Source of the DNA: Stegostoma tigrinum
Lineage: Eukaryota
Reading direction: 5' to 3'
DNA: 64,000 nt
Assembly (NCBI RefSeq): GCF_030684315.1
Contig: NC_081363.1
Coordinates: 26,786,116-26,850,115 of the forward strand
This document shows, piece after piece, positions 1 to 13,412 of the stretch. The first letter of the stretch is position 1. Each line of letters starts with the position of its first letter. Below the pieces are notes generated by a model. It worked only from the letters and a program-made list of their open reading frames with translations. It was not told where the DNA came from and searched no databases. Made by a program: the position numbers and the translations under genes.

Positions 1-1528
1 TGTATGCTTCTTCCTTGGATCGGATACTATTTCTAATTTCTTTTTGTAAGCCGTGGATTAGCTGTCTTACCTATTTTTTGTTTTCTTTTTTTGTTTTTGC
101 GACAGGAATAAACAGTTGTTGCAGTTTTCCCCCATGCATTCCTTGAATGTTTGCGAATGCCTATCTACTGTCATCCCTTTTTTAAGTAACTTTTCCCTAA
201 TCTATCGAGGCCAACTCACACCTCGTACCCTGTAGCTTCCTTTATAAAGGTTCAGCACCCTTGTCTCTGAATCAATACCCTCACTTTCCATCTTGATTTA
301 AAAAAAAAATTCTTCTATCATGTTATCATCACACTCCCCCGCGCACCCCCCCCCCCCCAAAAAAAAGGAGATCTCGCACAGCTAGATTGGCAATGATTCC
401 TTTCTCATTACACAGCACCCAGTCTAAGATGGCCTGCTATCAAGCTGGTTTCTCCATGTATTGATCAAGTAAACCGTCCCATGTACATTCCAGGAATTCC
501 TCTGCTATGGTGTTATAGCTAACCTGATTTGCCCAATCAATGTGTAAATTAAAATCACTGACAGTGCCTTATCCCATGCATCTAATTTTCTGTTTAATGC
601 CATTCTTAACATCACTGCAGTCTGGGGGTCTGTATATGATACCTAATGCTTTTTTGCCCCTTGGTATTTCTCAAATCTACCCAGACAGACTCCAGTTGTC
701 AGAGCTGTTATCCTTTCTCACTACTGTTAATTTCCTCTTTAACCAGCAATGCCACTCCACCACCAACTTTCTTTTTGCCTGTTGTTCCTAAATACTGAAT
801 ACCTGGGACATTCAGTTTCCATCCCTAGTCACTTTGTAGCCATGTCTCTGGGTACAATATAATTGGGATTACATTTACAATTAGTTGATCCACTTTATTG
901 CAGATGTTCTGCACAAAGCCTTTAAGCTTGTCCTTTTAACATTATTTGTCTCCTTAATTTTGTTTGAACAGCCCTGTTTGAATCTTGACCTTGGTTTCTC
1001 AGCCTATCACTTTTTTTTTCTTTCCCTCTGAGTCTTACATAGCTTCTCATTCCCCTGGCATTTTAGTTTAAACCTTCCCCGGTGGCTCCAGCAAACACAC
1101 TCTCTTCTCCCTAGGTCATCAGCCCCAGTCCTGCCCATGTGTAGACTGTCCAATTTGCACAGGTCTCACCTTCCCCAGAAGCAGTCCCAATGCCCCAGGC
1201 ATCTGAAACTCTTCCCCTCGCACCTCCCACTCCCAACAGCATCTTTTCAGTCACGTAGTCATGCAGTATATCCTATCATTTTTCCTCTGACCGGCACGTG
1301 GTATCAGAGTAATCCTGAGATCACTACCTTTTTTGTGATCAGATTTCTTCACTTTCCTCTTAGCTGCCTGTATGCTGCCTTTTAGGACCTCCTCCTTCTT
1401 TTTTCCCCACCCATGTTGTTTTTACTGACATGTACCATGACCACTGGCTGTTCACCCTCCCCCCTTCGGAATCCCCACCCTCCCCCTTAGGAATCCTGTA
1501 CCTGCTTTGAGACATCCTTGATCCTGCT
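1..1528 (-). mobile_element. Degenerate CR1-type LINE fragment (ORF1 end / ORF2 endonuclease region), ending where a PLE is inserted
   Basis: Resembles the antisense of the elasmobranch CR1 ORF1/EN region (e.g. cagagtaatcctgagatcactacc, gagacatccttgatcctg). No intact ORF; boundaries approximate. Confidence 0.6.
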
Positions 1529-1529
1529 A

Positions 1530-4182
1530 GAGAACCCAAGATAACAAAGTGTGGAGCTGGATGAACACAGCAGGCCAAGCAGCATCTCGGGAGCACAAAA
1601 ACTGCCATTTCGGGCCTAGACCCTTCTTCAGAGAGGGGGATGGGGAAGAGGGTTCCGGAATAAATAGGGAGAGAGGGGGAGGCGGACCGAAGATGGATAG
1701 AGGAGAAGATAGGTGGGGAGGGGATAGGTGAGGACGGATAGGTCAAGGGGGTGGGATGAGGTTCGTAGGTGGGAAATGGAGGTGCGGCTTGAGGTGGGAG
1801 GAGGGGATAGGTGAGAGGAAGACGATGTTAGGGAGGTACGGATGAGCTAGGCTGGTTTTGTGTTGCACTGGGGGAAGGGGAGATTTTAAAGCTTGTGAAA
1901 TCGACATTGATACCATTGGGCTGCAGCGTTCCCAAGTGGGATGTGAGTTGCTATTCCTGCAACCTACAGGTGGCACTGCAGGAGGCCCATGATGGATATG
2001 TCGTCTGAGGAATGGGAGGGGGAGTTAAAATGGTTCGAGACGGGAGATGCAGTTGTTTATTGCGAACTGAGCGGAGGTGTTCTGCAAAGCCGTCCCCAAG
2101 CCTCCACTTGGTTCCCCCAGTGTGGAGGAAGCCACACCGGGTACAGTGGATACAGTATGCTACATTGGCAGATGTGCAGGTGAACATCTACTTGATATGG
2201 AAAGTCATCTTGGGGCCTGGGATAGGGGTGAGGGAGGAGGTGTGGGGGCAAGTGTAGCATTTCCTGCGGTTGCAGGGGAAGGTGCCGGGTGTGGTGGGGT
2301 TGGAGGGCAGTGTGGAGCGGACAAAGGAGTCATGGAGAGAGTGGTCTCTCCGGAAGGCAGACGAGGGTGGGATAGAAAAAATGTCTTGGGTGGTGGGGTC
2401 GGATTGTAGATGGTGGAAGTGTCGGAGGATGATGCATTGTATCCGGAGGTTGGTGGGGTAGTATGTGAGAACGAGGGGGATTCTCTTTTGACGGTTATTG
2501 CGGGGACAGGATGTGAGGGATGAGTTGCGGGAAATGTGGGAGACACGGTCAAGGGCGTTCTCGACCACTGCGGGGGTGGGTGGGAGTTGTGGTCCTTGAA
2601 GAAGGCGGCCATCTGGGATGTGCGGGAGTGGAATGCCTCATCCTAAGAGCAGATGTGGCAGAGGTGAAGGAATTGGGAATAGAGGATGGAATTTTTGCAG
2701 GAGGGTGGGTGGGAGTCAGTGGGCTTGAAATAGACATCTGTTTCTAGCTGGTTGCCTGAGATGGAGACAGAGGGGACCAGGAAGGTGAGAGATGTGCTGG
2801 AGATAGTCCAGGTGAACTTGAGGTTGGGGTGGAAGGTGTTGATGAAGTGGATGAACTGTGCGAGCTCCTCTTGGGAGCACGAGGTGGCGCCGATACAGTC
2901 ATCAGTGTAACGGAGGAAGAGGTGGGGTTTGGGGTCTAGGTGCGGAAGAGGGACTGTTTCACGTAACCTACAAAGAGGCAGGAATAGCTTGGGCCCATGC
3001 GGGTACCCATAGCCACCCCCTTTGTCTGTAGGAAGTGGGAGGAATCGAAAGAGAAGTTGTTGAGGGTGAGGACGAGTTCGGCTAGGCGGATGAGGGTGTC
3101 GGTGGAGGGGGACTGGTTGGGCCTGCGGGACAGGAAGAAGCGGAGGGCCTTCAGGCCATCTGCATGAGGAATTCAGGTGTATAGGGACTGGACGTCCATG
3201 GTGAAAATGAGGTGTTGGGGGCCAGGGAATTGGAGGAGGTGGAGGGCGTGGGTGTTGTCACGGACGTAGGTGTGGAGTTCCTGTGCTAAGGGGGAGAAAA
3301 TGGAGTCCAGATAGGTGGAGATGAGGCAGGAGCATTTGGAGACAATAGGTTGACCAGGGCAGGCAGGTTTGTGGATTTTGGGGAGGAGAAAGAAACGGGC
3401 CGTGCGGGGTTGGGGAACAATAAGGTTGGAGGCTGTGGGTGGGAGGTTCCCTTAGGTGATGAGGTCATGGATGGTATTGAAGATGATGGTTTGGCGCTCG
3501 GGGGTGGGGTCGTGATCAAGGGGGCGGTAGGAGGAGGTGTCGGAGAGTTGGTGTTTGGCCTCGGCGATGTAGAGGCCAGTACGCCATACTACCACTGCGC
3601 CACCCTTGTCTGCGCATTTGATGGTGAGGTTGGGGTTGGAGTGGAAGTCTGCCCGTTCTGCGGGGGATAGGTTGGAGTGGGTAAGAGGGGTGGAGAGGTT
3701 GAGGCGGTTAATGTCTCGACGGCAGTTGGCGATGAAGAGGTCAAGGGAGTGTAGGAAGCCTGGGGATGGTGTCTAGGAGGAGGACTTGTGTTGGATGCGG
3801 GTGAAGGGGTCATTGGAGAGACGGTTAGGCTCCTGGTGAAAGAAGTAAGTGTGGAGGTGAAGGCGGTGGAAAAACTGCTCTGTCCAAACGTGACTGGTCT
3901 TCGTTGATGTGTGGGTGGAGGGGGACAAAGGTGAGCCCTTTGCTTAGGACTGACCATTCGTCCTCAGTCAGTGGGAGGTCTGGGTGGATAGTGAAGATTC
4001 GGCAGGGCTTGGTGTGGCTTTCACTTCTGGGGTTGCTGGCTGTGGAGCTGTGGGCAGAGCGATGTGGGTGGGGTTCCATCAGTGGTGGGCGGGCCGCTGT
4101 CTATGGTCCAAAATGTCAGCTTTTGTGCTCCTGAGATGCTGCTTAGCCTGCTGTGTTCATCCAGCTTCACACTTTGTTATCT
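1530..4182 (-). mobile_element. Penelope-like retroelement (Neptune-type Cys linker), near-complete but frameshifted RT + GIY-YIG ORF, with an inverted terminal copy at its 5' end
   Basis: Minus-strand motifs: VLSKGLTFVP (~3925-3955), IFTMDVQSLYT (~3178-3210), QTKGVAMGTRMGPSY (~2985-3030), LRYTDDC (~2895-2915), linker CNRRKCYTC, GIY-YIG VAYCIHCTRCGFLHTGGT..FAEH. 4105-4182 is an inverted copy of ~1539-1615. Confidence 0.92.
1602..1633 (-). ncRNA. Degenerate minimal hammerhead ribozyme in the PLE terminus
   Basis: Reverse complement ctCTGAAGAagggtctaggcccGAAAtggcag. Core boxes are present but the ACGTC stem III/cleavage site is mutated. Confidence 0.7.
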
Positions 4183-4439
4183 CTGAGCTCTCCTGCCATG
4201 GTTTACCTCTTCAAATTATACCTTGGAAAGCACTTTCACATCAGGTTCAATTCAATTCAATCCAATCCAGTTACCTGTGGACCTTGTCTCCTGGTCCGTC
4301 TACTATCCTTACAGATTAGAAGCCAAAAAGACTATTATAAGTGATAGAAGTAGTGGGGACTTGCCTCCTTTATTCGCTACTCAAATGTCTCCCTATTGCT
4401 CAACTTCATTACTTGTTTTCAACTCCATTTAGGCCAATT

Positions 4440-5410
4440 TTTGTCTTGATTCCTTTACTTACATTTCAGACACTAGTCATGGATCTGTGTTTCTGGATAT
4501 GAAATTTGGCATGTTATGATCAGCGTTAATTGGAAGATCCTTCCTTTAGTAGATGTAGAATTGATAACAATAACATGTTCTGATTGATTCTGGAGAGAAT
4601 TGTTCTGACAAATTGTCCTTAGAATAATTCATGAGCTCATCCTTCAGGCTACTTGCAACATGATTCATCCAAATTCTCTGAAGATTTTAATGTACCACAA
4701 GTACTGCAATGCCTTTCCTGAAACCTCCCATTATTTCTTGATTCATACTTTGTGCTACAGTGTAGCTCAGGAGGACTAGAAGCCATTTTCACCATTGATT
4801 CTTCTTTTTGTCATCTTACCTCCACCCAAATTGATCTGGCAATTGGACCATATGGGCCAAGATCATTTCTCACTATTTGTAATTATCTCACCCATTATTA
4901 GCAGTGCCGTCCCACTTTTTTCTTTCTGAAATGTTAAATTCCCTTGACCATTCAGGTTCAAGTTGTGGTCATCTCTCAAACATGAATGGAGATTGCATTT
5001 AATTATATCTGTAGTATCAGTTCATCCACTTGGTTATGAGTGCTGTGTGTATCAAATAAGGACAGAAGAAATAGGAAATATAGGCCATTAACTGCACAAA
5101 TCAACTCTGCTGTTCAGTGAGATCCTAGTTGTTGAGTGACCTCAACACCAGTTTCCTGCAACTATCCTTTGTTTTTATAGTGACTGAGATCAATAGATCC
5201 CCACTTCAACAACCAAGGCTTCACAGCTTTGGTGGGCAGAATGATGAAATGCTTTTCATCTCACTAAACGGACTCCCCTTTTATTCTGAAACAGTGAGGG
5301 AAAATATCCTTTTGGTATCTACCTTTAAATGAGATCACCCCCATTCTTCTAAACTCTAAAGAACATAGGTCGAGTCCACGTAATCTTCCCTCATAGCACA
5401 AGCCATCCAT
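4440..5410 (-). mobile_element. Old CR1 LINE fragments (EN region ~4440-5050; 3' end ~5065-5410)
   Basis: Similar to 1-900 and to CR1 3' ends elsewhere (agatcacccccattcttctaaactc). Heavily decayed. Confidence 0.5.
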
Positions 5411-7342
5411 TGAAAGGCATTTGAGGGTAAGGAGAGACTTTGTTTGTGTGTTACCATGTTTTATTTTCTTTGACTCTATAATTGCTCACTCTTGTGTTTG
5501 AATGTTGTGTCCCTTCTGGTCACAATCTGGTTGTCATTAGTTACATCACTATCCTACTTTTGTCCTTTTCTCATAATTTTCCAGATCTCTCATGAATTGT
5601 TGTCACTGCCGTACCCATTTTAGTTTAATACCCTTTTACAGCTATAGTTAGATGATAAATCAGGTCACTGGTCCTAGTGTGGTTCAGCTGTAGCCCTCCC
5701 AATGGCCCTCCCAACCTTTCTTGCCTCATTATTGTCATATGAATCAAAACCCATTCCCTACACCGATCTTTTGAGCCACATATTCAGCTCTGTAAGGAAT
5801 TATTACCTCTAGTGATTCTGTTTTTTTTTTAAACTTAGACTAAGGATTCTGTTGAGACTTAGCTATGCCAGAGCCCCATAGTCCATTTTACCTGGAGTGC
5901 TGTTACGTTATTGCATTAAAACATGGCAACTAGATAGGGTCAGCACATGACCACCTGTGAAGATCTTTAATATGATGCACAGTCTAATGTTGGGATGCTT
6001 TATCCATGTATGTAGCCTGTATTCGACCCTAATTTTGCATCCTCTCAAGGGTCCATGAAATCTGTGGTGGGTGGGGGGGAGGGGAATTTCCTCAGGTGCT
6101 TTTTGGGAGCACTTTCAATCCCAAAAAAGTGTTCTCATCTTTGCAGCTCATTAACTTGTGTGCTTCAAAGTAGAAACTAGTGTGTCAAGTCAGAGCTTTT
6201 GTTTTCGGTTGAACATGAATGTGTAGCTGTTTTCTTTGCTTCCAGTATGCCGGGGCACGTTTTAGACCTGAAGGTATAATGTAATTTTTCTCCCAGATGT
6301 TTTTCAAAGATAGTATGAGTGAGTGATTGGAGTTGTGTACTTCAGGCATTTCAATACTGGGTGTCACTTAAATACTAATGAGTTTTTTGTTTTAGAATTT
6401 GGGTTGGGTTTGGCGAGGGAGCAGTCGGGGATGGCTCAGTCCGCAGAGCCTCACTGAAACATTGTCATTTTGGTAGTGTAATAATTCTGTAATAGTGGCA
6501 ATCACTCATCTAAGCTCTGGGTGCTGTAAGGTGTTTTTGTTATTGCCATTCTTTTTTAAAACCCATTGCAAACAATAAATATGCCTGTTTATAGCCTACA
6601 TTTTGTGCGATTGTGAAATATGAACAAGAGTCCGTATGATGATACAGGACAAGCTGATACACTCTTTTTTTTAACATTTTTGAGCAAGAGCTTACCAGGG
6701 CCTGGGAAATTTTTCAGCAGGGGGCCCTTTAACCTCAAGAAAAAGATGAATGAGTATTTATGTCAGCAGCTAAATCTGCCAGGATTTACTCTGCGCAGCT
6801 AGTAATCCAGTAGCTTGCAGGTTTGCAATTGATCCATTGAATGAGCAAGACCGGATGTTTTGTGAGGCGAGTTGCTATGGATTGGATGATTCTGACTATA
6901 TATGTTATTGAGTCAACAGGGAATAAAAATTGCACTGAATAATAAAATCCTGTCAAACTGAATGGAATCTTATTTGAAAGTCTCAGGAAAGGAACAAAGA
7001 TTTTAGTGTATTTGAATGGGTTGGTATAAAGAGGGAACCAATTGTAGGATGACTCTTGCCTCTGGTTTCATGGTGCTACAGTTTTTAAAATTCTGGCTTT
7101 TTTTTCTGTCTGCTTTTAAATCGCAGCACGACCTTGCAAGCAACACCCTGCCCCTACCCTCTCCGCCATCCTAAATCTCTACAAGGGCTTATAGCCTTGT
7201 AACCCGTCAAACCTCTCTACTCCTCTAATTTTGGTCTCTTGTATGTTTCCTGATACTCACTGCTGTACAAGTTGTGTTTTCATCTGCCTTAGCATCAAGT
7301 TCTGCAATTAACCTTCTTAAACCTTTCCTCAATTTCTTCCAA

Positions 7343-7560
7343 ATAAAAACCAAAAGAACTGCAGATGCTCTTTGGACTCTATCCCATCATTTACTCCCTA
7401 CCCCACCCACCTCCTTGTTTTTTGCGTATAAACTGATGTTTTCCCAGCCATCATCAGTTCTGAGGAAGGGTCACCAGACCTGAAACATTAACTCTGTTTT
7501 CTCCTCCCACAGATGCTGGCAGACCTGCTGAGCTTTTCCAGCAACTTTGTTTTTGTTCCT
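7343..7560 (+). mobile_element. Short PLE terminus (family B) with a hammerhead at 7456-7493 and an inverted tail at its left end
   Basis: agttCTGAGGAagggtcaccagacctGAAACATTaact. Flanking direct repeat ttcctcaat at 7325-7333 and 7556-7564. Confidence 0.75.
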
Positions 7561-9339
7561 CAATATTTTTTTTTCCATTTGAGGCACCCTTAACAGCTAT
7601 GGACTGAAGCAAGGCTTTGGCTAACTGTGCTGAATGTTCGTGGCTTGATTTCCTATTTTGATTTATAATCTTTCTGCATTGCACTTTGTGGTGTTTTACT
7701 ATGTTAAGTGTGGGTAATTGTTGCCCATTATAGTATGAATCGGGGTGGAAGTGTTTTTGTTATCCTGGCTGCTCGCTGTATTTACTTCATTTGAATCAGG
7801 AAGTTGACATAACTCAGAAATGAGTATGGCATCCTTGAGGTCATTTTTAACCATATTTCGTTGTCATTTAGCTTACTGCTAGATACCTGTGGGGTAACAA
7901 ACTTTGTCTGAGTTTAATAGAATCCTTGTTGGACATGGAGCTGCTCTTTGCTACTAAAGTAACTTGAATGAGGTTTGTCAGTATGTCGGTAAAGTTTGGG
8001 ATAAAGGTTTTGGGTAATGTTCAATATACTGAAAATAAACAACCTGTAGAACAGAATCCCACATACTTAATAAAAACAAACATTGGAATTGCCTCTGAGT
8101 TTTTTTTTTGGCTGTTAGAGTTTAAAATATCCAGTATACAGGGCGTTGTAAAGTTCTGATATGTTGTGCTGTATAGTAACTCACTTGCATGCAGAGTTGT
8201 TTATCATGGTGTCAACTGATCCACAATGTTTATAAATGTGGAAAAGAACATATGTTATACATACACTTTTTAAATGGCTTTTGACCAAACTTAATAGTTC
8301 AAGTATACCTAGTTTGTGGGCCATTGGTCGTTCCATTGTGACTTCTTGAGGAACTTTTCAAGAGGCCATAAAAGTTGTATAAAATCCTACTGGGAATGAC
8401 TTTACATCTAAATATGTTGAGCACACATTTAAAAGTGGTAAAAGTAGTTTGGAATTAAAGGTTCTTCATGGGGAACTGAAGTAAGTCTTTGTCACGTTTT
8501 ATTGCATAGACCTTTAGGGCCCAAAAGGTCTGAGGAGTTGGAGCCACCATTAGAAGCTCAATATATAAAGTACAGAATGTTTTGTTTGGAACTGCAGGAA
8601 CTTTTTAAAACAAACTTGCATCCCCAGTGTTTGCAGTTCTTCTTTTGGTGTTTTTTTTTGCAACCCCAGTTGCTTCCCAATGTGCCAATTCACACATTTA
8701 TTATAACATAGTCCTTGAGGTGGGGGATACGAGTGTAAACAGTGAGCATTAGCAGGATATTTAACCAATCCTATTTTCTTTCAACAAGAGCTACTAGGTA
8801 CTTTCTTATCTTTTAACATAAGAGACTAGGCAAGGTAGAAGGTAGTTATTAGTTTGTTTGTACTTTTTAATTTTTGTTTTAGAGTGGGTTCATTTTGTTA
8901 GTAGATATCTGGGTTTTCTGGTTGAAAAATAAAGTAAAAATTATTGGTGTCTATGGAGATCATAACACCAAGTGGGTTAATAAAATAGACATGACCAGAT
9001 CTTTGTTTTCCTAATGGATCTTTAAATGAACAGGATGAAGTGAAAGCAAAAAAAACCATTACATTTTCGTATTCTTCTTTGGAGAATGTGCATTGAGTAG
9101 GATCTGAAGTTCTGCTCTCCCATATATTGGTCTGCTTGCATCATGAAGGTTTATTACACCAGGTATGAATATCTTGAGGCACCAAAGCGAGTTTGGCTGT
9201 TTTGACAGAAGATTGGAGGCAGTTGTTCCAACCAAAAGAGTCTGAAATGTTGTTTAATACTAGAAATGTGACTATTTATTTTGAGTGCCTACTGTGGTAG
9301 GATTGCCTGTAGGTAGAAAAGGATGTATTTTATCTTCAC

Positions 9340-9800
9340 TCATGAGCATTGCTGGCCAGGTCACCACTTCTCTTCAGTTGTCATCAATAAGGTGGTGATG
9401 GGCCATGTTCTTTGAACACCTACAGTCCATGTGTTTATGGGATATAATCATGATGCTATTGAAGAGTTACAGAATTTTGACTTGTGACCATGAAGAAACA
9501 TTGGTTAGAATTCTATGTTAGGATGTTGTGTGGCTTGGAGGAGAATTTGCAGGCTGTAATGCTTCCTTGCTTCTGCTGCTCTTGTTGCCCAAAGTGGTAG
9601 CTGTCATTGGTGTCGAAGGTACCTTTGGTGAATTGCTGCAGTGCTTTGTGTAGTGGCAGCATTGTGTGCCATCTGTGCAGTGGTGGAAGGAGCAAATGTT
9701 GAAGGTGGTGGATATAGTGCCAGTCTGTTTGGTTGCGTTGTGTTAGATGGTGTCAATATTCTCGAGTGTTGTTGGAATTGCATTCATCTAGGCAGGTGGA
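9340..9800 (-). mobile_element. 3' fragment of a second CR1-clade LINE family (same family as 54570-55500)
   Basis: Decayed similarity to 54570-55040. Confidence 0.6.
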
Positions 9801-10768
9801 TCAAATCTGACTTTGTGGACTTTAATATATTTCAGCAATTTTTGTAACAAAATGTATGTAATGGGAATGAATATAATTCTTTTTTCTGTGCTATTGTGTA
9901 TGCTTAACAAGGTATGTAATCTTGGCAGAGAAATGACACACATCTGGGATTTATGAAAGGAAAACGTGCAGCTTGAATACTTTAAATTTAAACCTTTTCT
10001 AAATTTGTTTGCTTCTCTTGTATCAAATATACCCATTTGCTAGCCACATAGGTAGTTCATTTTTAGAGTCTTGCTAATGCTGGCCTTGATGACTTGTTTC
10101 ATCGTCCTATTAATCTGATTTAACCTGCCATTCCCTCCCTTCCATGGTATCTTAGCCTAAAATTGGGCGTCCTGTCCGTGTATGTTGCTTGATGATTTAT
10201 TTTGATTTGAAATTCTTTGCCTGTTGAAAACCTAAAGAGTGATCTAATTGAGATGTTCAAGATGATTTGAAGGACTTGATCGGTTAGAAAGAATTTTTTA
10301 GGGGTGGGATGTGGTGCATAGAACAAGAAAGCCTAACCCTAAACTGAGTTAGGCTTTATTAGGGATGTTCTCTTAAAAAGGGAATGACAACTGGAAACTC
10401 TCAACACTGGAGGCTAGGTTATTAAGAACGTCAAATTTCTGAGATTTGTCCAAAAAAAACTAAATTCTGAAGAATATTTATATTTCTAAGTCTGCTTTCT
10501 TTCCCCAGATGCAGCCAGACCTGCTGAGTGTTCCCAGCAATTTCTGTTATAGTTTTTTTTTGCGATCTCTTGGGTAATATACAATCTCCAGTCTGCATTC
10601 TCAATCGAGTGAATTTGCCAGTCTAAAGACAATGGAAATGGAGTTAATGGAGTTAAGGTTCAGATTGTCCAGTTAGGCTGTGGCTAATGCAACAGCCTTC
10701 ACTGGATTCAATAGTCTATTGCTGTCCAGTTTCTTCATGGTGTAACTCCAATGTATTAGACTAGACTA

Positions 10769-10792
10769 GTGTGTGTGTGTGTGTGTGTGTGT
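10769..10792. repeat. (GT)n microsatellite
   Basis: About 12 GT units. Confidence 0.95.
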
Positions 10793-11989
10793 ACACATGT
10801 GTGCGTTTTCACTTTGTGTGCTGAGCACCCTGGTTCAGGAGGAGAATATTTTGGTGAGCCTCCAGTTCTGTCCCAGTGAGCACGGCTGGATAAGACTTAT
10901 GTGGAAACCTTGGTGGAGATGTGGATCAGCCTTTTCTTCGATGTACTTTATATAATGAGCAACTCTGAACTGGGCTTGAGTCCCTGTTGTAGAATAGGCA
11001 ACGCACTAAAGTATTGTGCATTAATTCTACAGCTATAATTTCTCAAGAATCTATAATCTTTGGAGAAAAAGAGAAGGAAAATTTACTTTGCTTCTTGCAT
11101 TTTTTTCTTTAGAAACAGCTTTCAGGTCACCATTATCCTGAACAGCATTAAGTAGAATCTGTTGAGTGACCAATAACTTTAGTTAACAGACACCCATAAG
11201 GAAGTGACAGTGGAAGATGCAGGACGACTTGACTTTTCTGAAATGTGGTTTCTTCGTTTCTAGAATTCTCAAAATAGCACTTTAGATTTTATAAGAGACT
11301 TCTATTTTCACTGGCTGTACAGATTAGAAGTGGTTTAGGAAGGAAATAGATATAATTCCGGAGTGGAGTGAAAGTGGGAACAGGGTATAGAGTTGGATGA
11401 TTAGCAGAAATCATTGATGACTGAGCAGGCTCGAGGGACTAAGTGTGTGCTTCTCCGGCTCCTATTTTCAGTGTTTGCTGCAAACTAAACAAGCAATGAG
11501 CCTTGGCATAAATTCATTTTAAATTCTGTCACTGTGTGCATCTAGATTAAATTTAATCAAGCATCTCTGTTAATCTAGGCTAAGTTTATCATGTTCAGCA
11601 TCTCCAGTGTTCTTTTGTGGATGCATAACTAAGGTGGTGCCTGTTTCCTTTATTTTCCCTGAAGGCACAAACTGTTCTTAAGGTGTTTGCCAAGATCTGG
11701 TACTTCGCTTCAACTGTAAGCCAAGGTATTGGGCCCTAAGAGCCAGCAGCAACACTGACAAACTAGCTTGATTGAGAATAACTAACTCATGCAAACTGGA
11801 GATTGTATATTGACGTATTATCTACTGAGCCATAGTGTGTGATAGAGCTTGGTGAAGATGCCTATTGGATATCCTTTCTGCCAAATAAGTGTTGCGTTTT
11901 GCTAGCTGTCTGCAGTATGGAAGGTAGAATGATCTGGACAATCATTGATCTAATGTACGGTTGAGTTGACAAATGTTAACGTTGGAAGA

Positions 11990-12200
11990 GAGAGATAGCA
12001 AGAACTGCCAATGCTGGAGTCAGATAAGTGTGGAGCTGGAGGAACACTGCAGGGCAGGCAACACCGGAGGAGCAGGAAAGCTGACGTTTTGGATCAGGAC
12101 CCTTATTCAGAAATGCAAGAAATACTGCAGAAGGGTCTTGACTCAATGTCAGCTTTCCTGTTCCTCTGCCCAGTCTGCTGTATTCCTCCAGCTCCACACT
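11990..12200. mobile_element. Palindromic PLE-terminus mini-element (family C) with degenerate hammerheads on both strands
   Basis: Arms agtgtggagctggagga..ggaaagctgac / gtcagctttcctg..tcctccagctccacact. Direct repeat gttggaaga at 11981-11989 and 12201-12209. Confidence 0.8.
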
Positions 12201-12309
12201 GTTGGAAGAACTGCTTTAGTTGTGTGAACACTTAACACAGAAAGTTGCTGTAATTTGTGCCCGCAAAGTGTTTGCTACACGTTTAAGTAATGTTGTTAAA
12301 ATGTGAAGA

Positions 12310-12885
12310 ATAGAAAGAACCACATCGTACAAAAGAGGCCCTTGGGTGCATTGAATCTGCACTGACGTGTGAGAAACACCTAACCTTCAGCCTAATCCCA
12401 TTTACCAACACCAGGCCTGAACCCTTGAATGTAAAGTGCCTAGTGACCATCCAGGTACTTTTTTTAAAGGATGTGAGGCAACCTGCCGCTTCCATTTCCA
12501 CCCCCCCACCCCCCCCCCCCCCGTAGTGCATTCCAGAACATCACCACATTTTTTTGGGTTAAACAGGTTTATCCACACATAATTCACCCCACCCAAACCT
12601 TCTGCCCTTCACCTTGAGCCTGTGCTCCCTTGTGACTGACCCTTCAACTCGGAACTCGGAACCTTGTCCACTGTGCCCATGCCCCTCAATCTTGTACACC
12701 TCAATCAGATCGCCCCGCACTCTTCTCAGCTCAAACAAAAACTACCCAAGCCTTTCCAATCTTTCCTCAACTTAAACTTTCCATTCCAGGCAGTATCCTG
12801 GTGAATCTCCACTGCAACCCGTTCAGTGCAAAGACACCTGCCCTGTAATGTGGCAACTAGAAATGCACACAGTTCTTCAGTGTTA
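12310..12885 (-). mobile_element. CR1 LINE 3' fragment (older)
   Basis: Decayed paralogue of the adjacent young copy 12895-13412. Confidence 0.75.
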
Positions 12886-12894
12886 ACATGAGGT

Positions 12895-13412
12895 AGAACA
12901 TAGAACATAGAACATAGAACAGTACAGCACAGAACAGGCCCTTCAGCCCACAATGTTGTGCCGACCATTGATCCTCATGGATGCACCCTCAAATTTCTGT
13001 GACCATATGCATGTCCAGCAGTCTCTTAAATGACCCCAATGACCTTGCTTCCACAACTGCTGCTGGCAACGCATTCCATGCTCTCACAACTCTCTGCGTA
13101 AAGAACCTGCCTCTGACATCCCCTCTATACTTTCCACCAACCAGCTTAAAACTATGACCCCTCGTGCTAGCCATTTCCGCCCTGGGAAATAGTCTCTGGC
13201 TATCAACTCTATCTATGCCTCTCATTATCTTGTATACCTCAATTAGGTCCCCTCTCCTCCTCCTTTTCTCCAATGAAAAGAGACCGAGCTCAGTCAACCT
13301 CTCTTCATAAGATAAGCCCTCCAGTCCAGGCAGCATCCTGGTAAACCTCCTCTGAACCCTCTCCAAAGCATCCACATCTTTCCTATAATAGGGCGCCCAG
13401 AACTGGACGCAG
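12895..13412 (-). mobile_element. Young 5'-truncated CR1 (HER1-like) LINE 3' end with a (TTCTATG)n tail
   Basis: Open frame 12989-13375 ALERVQRRFTRMLPG..RRGDLIEVYKI..FFTQRVVRAWNALP is the CR1 ORF2 C-terminus. (CATAGAA)n at 12895-12920. Confidence 0.95.
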
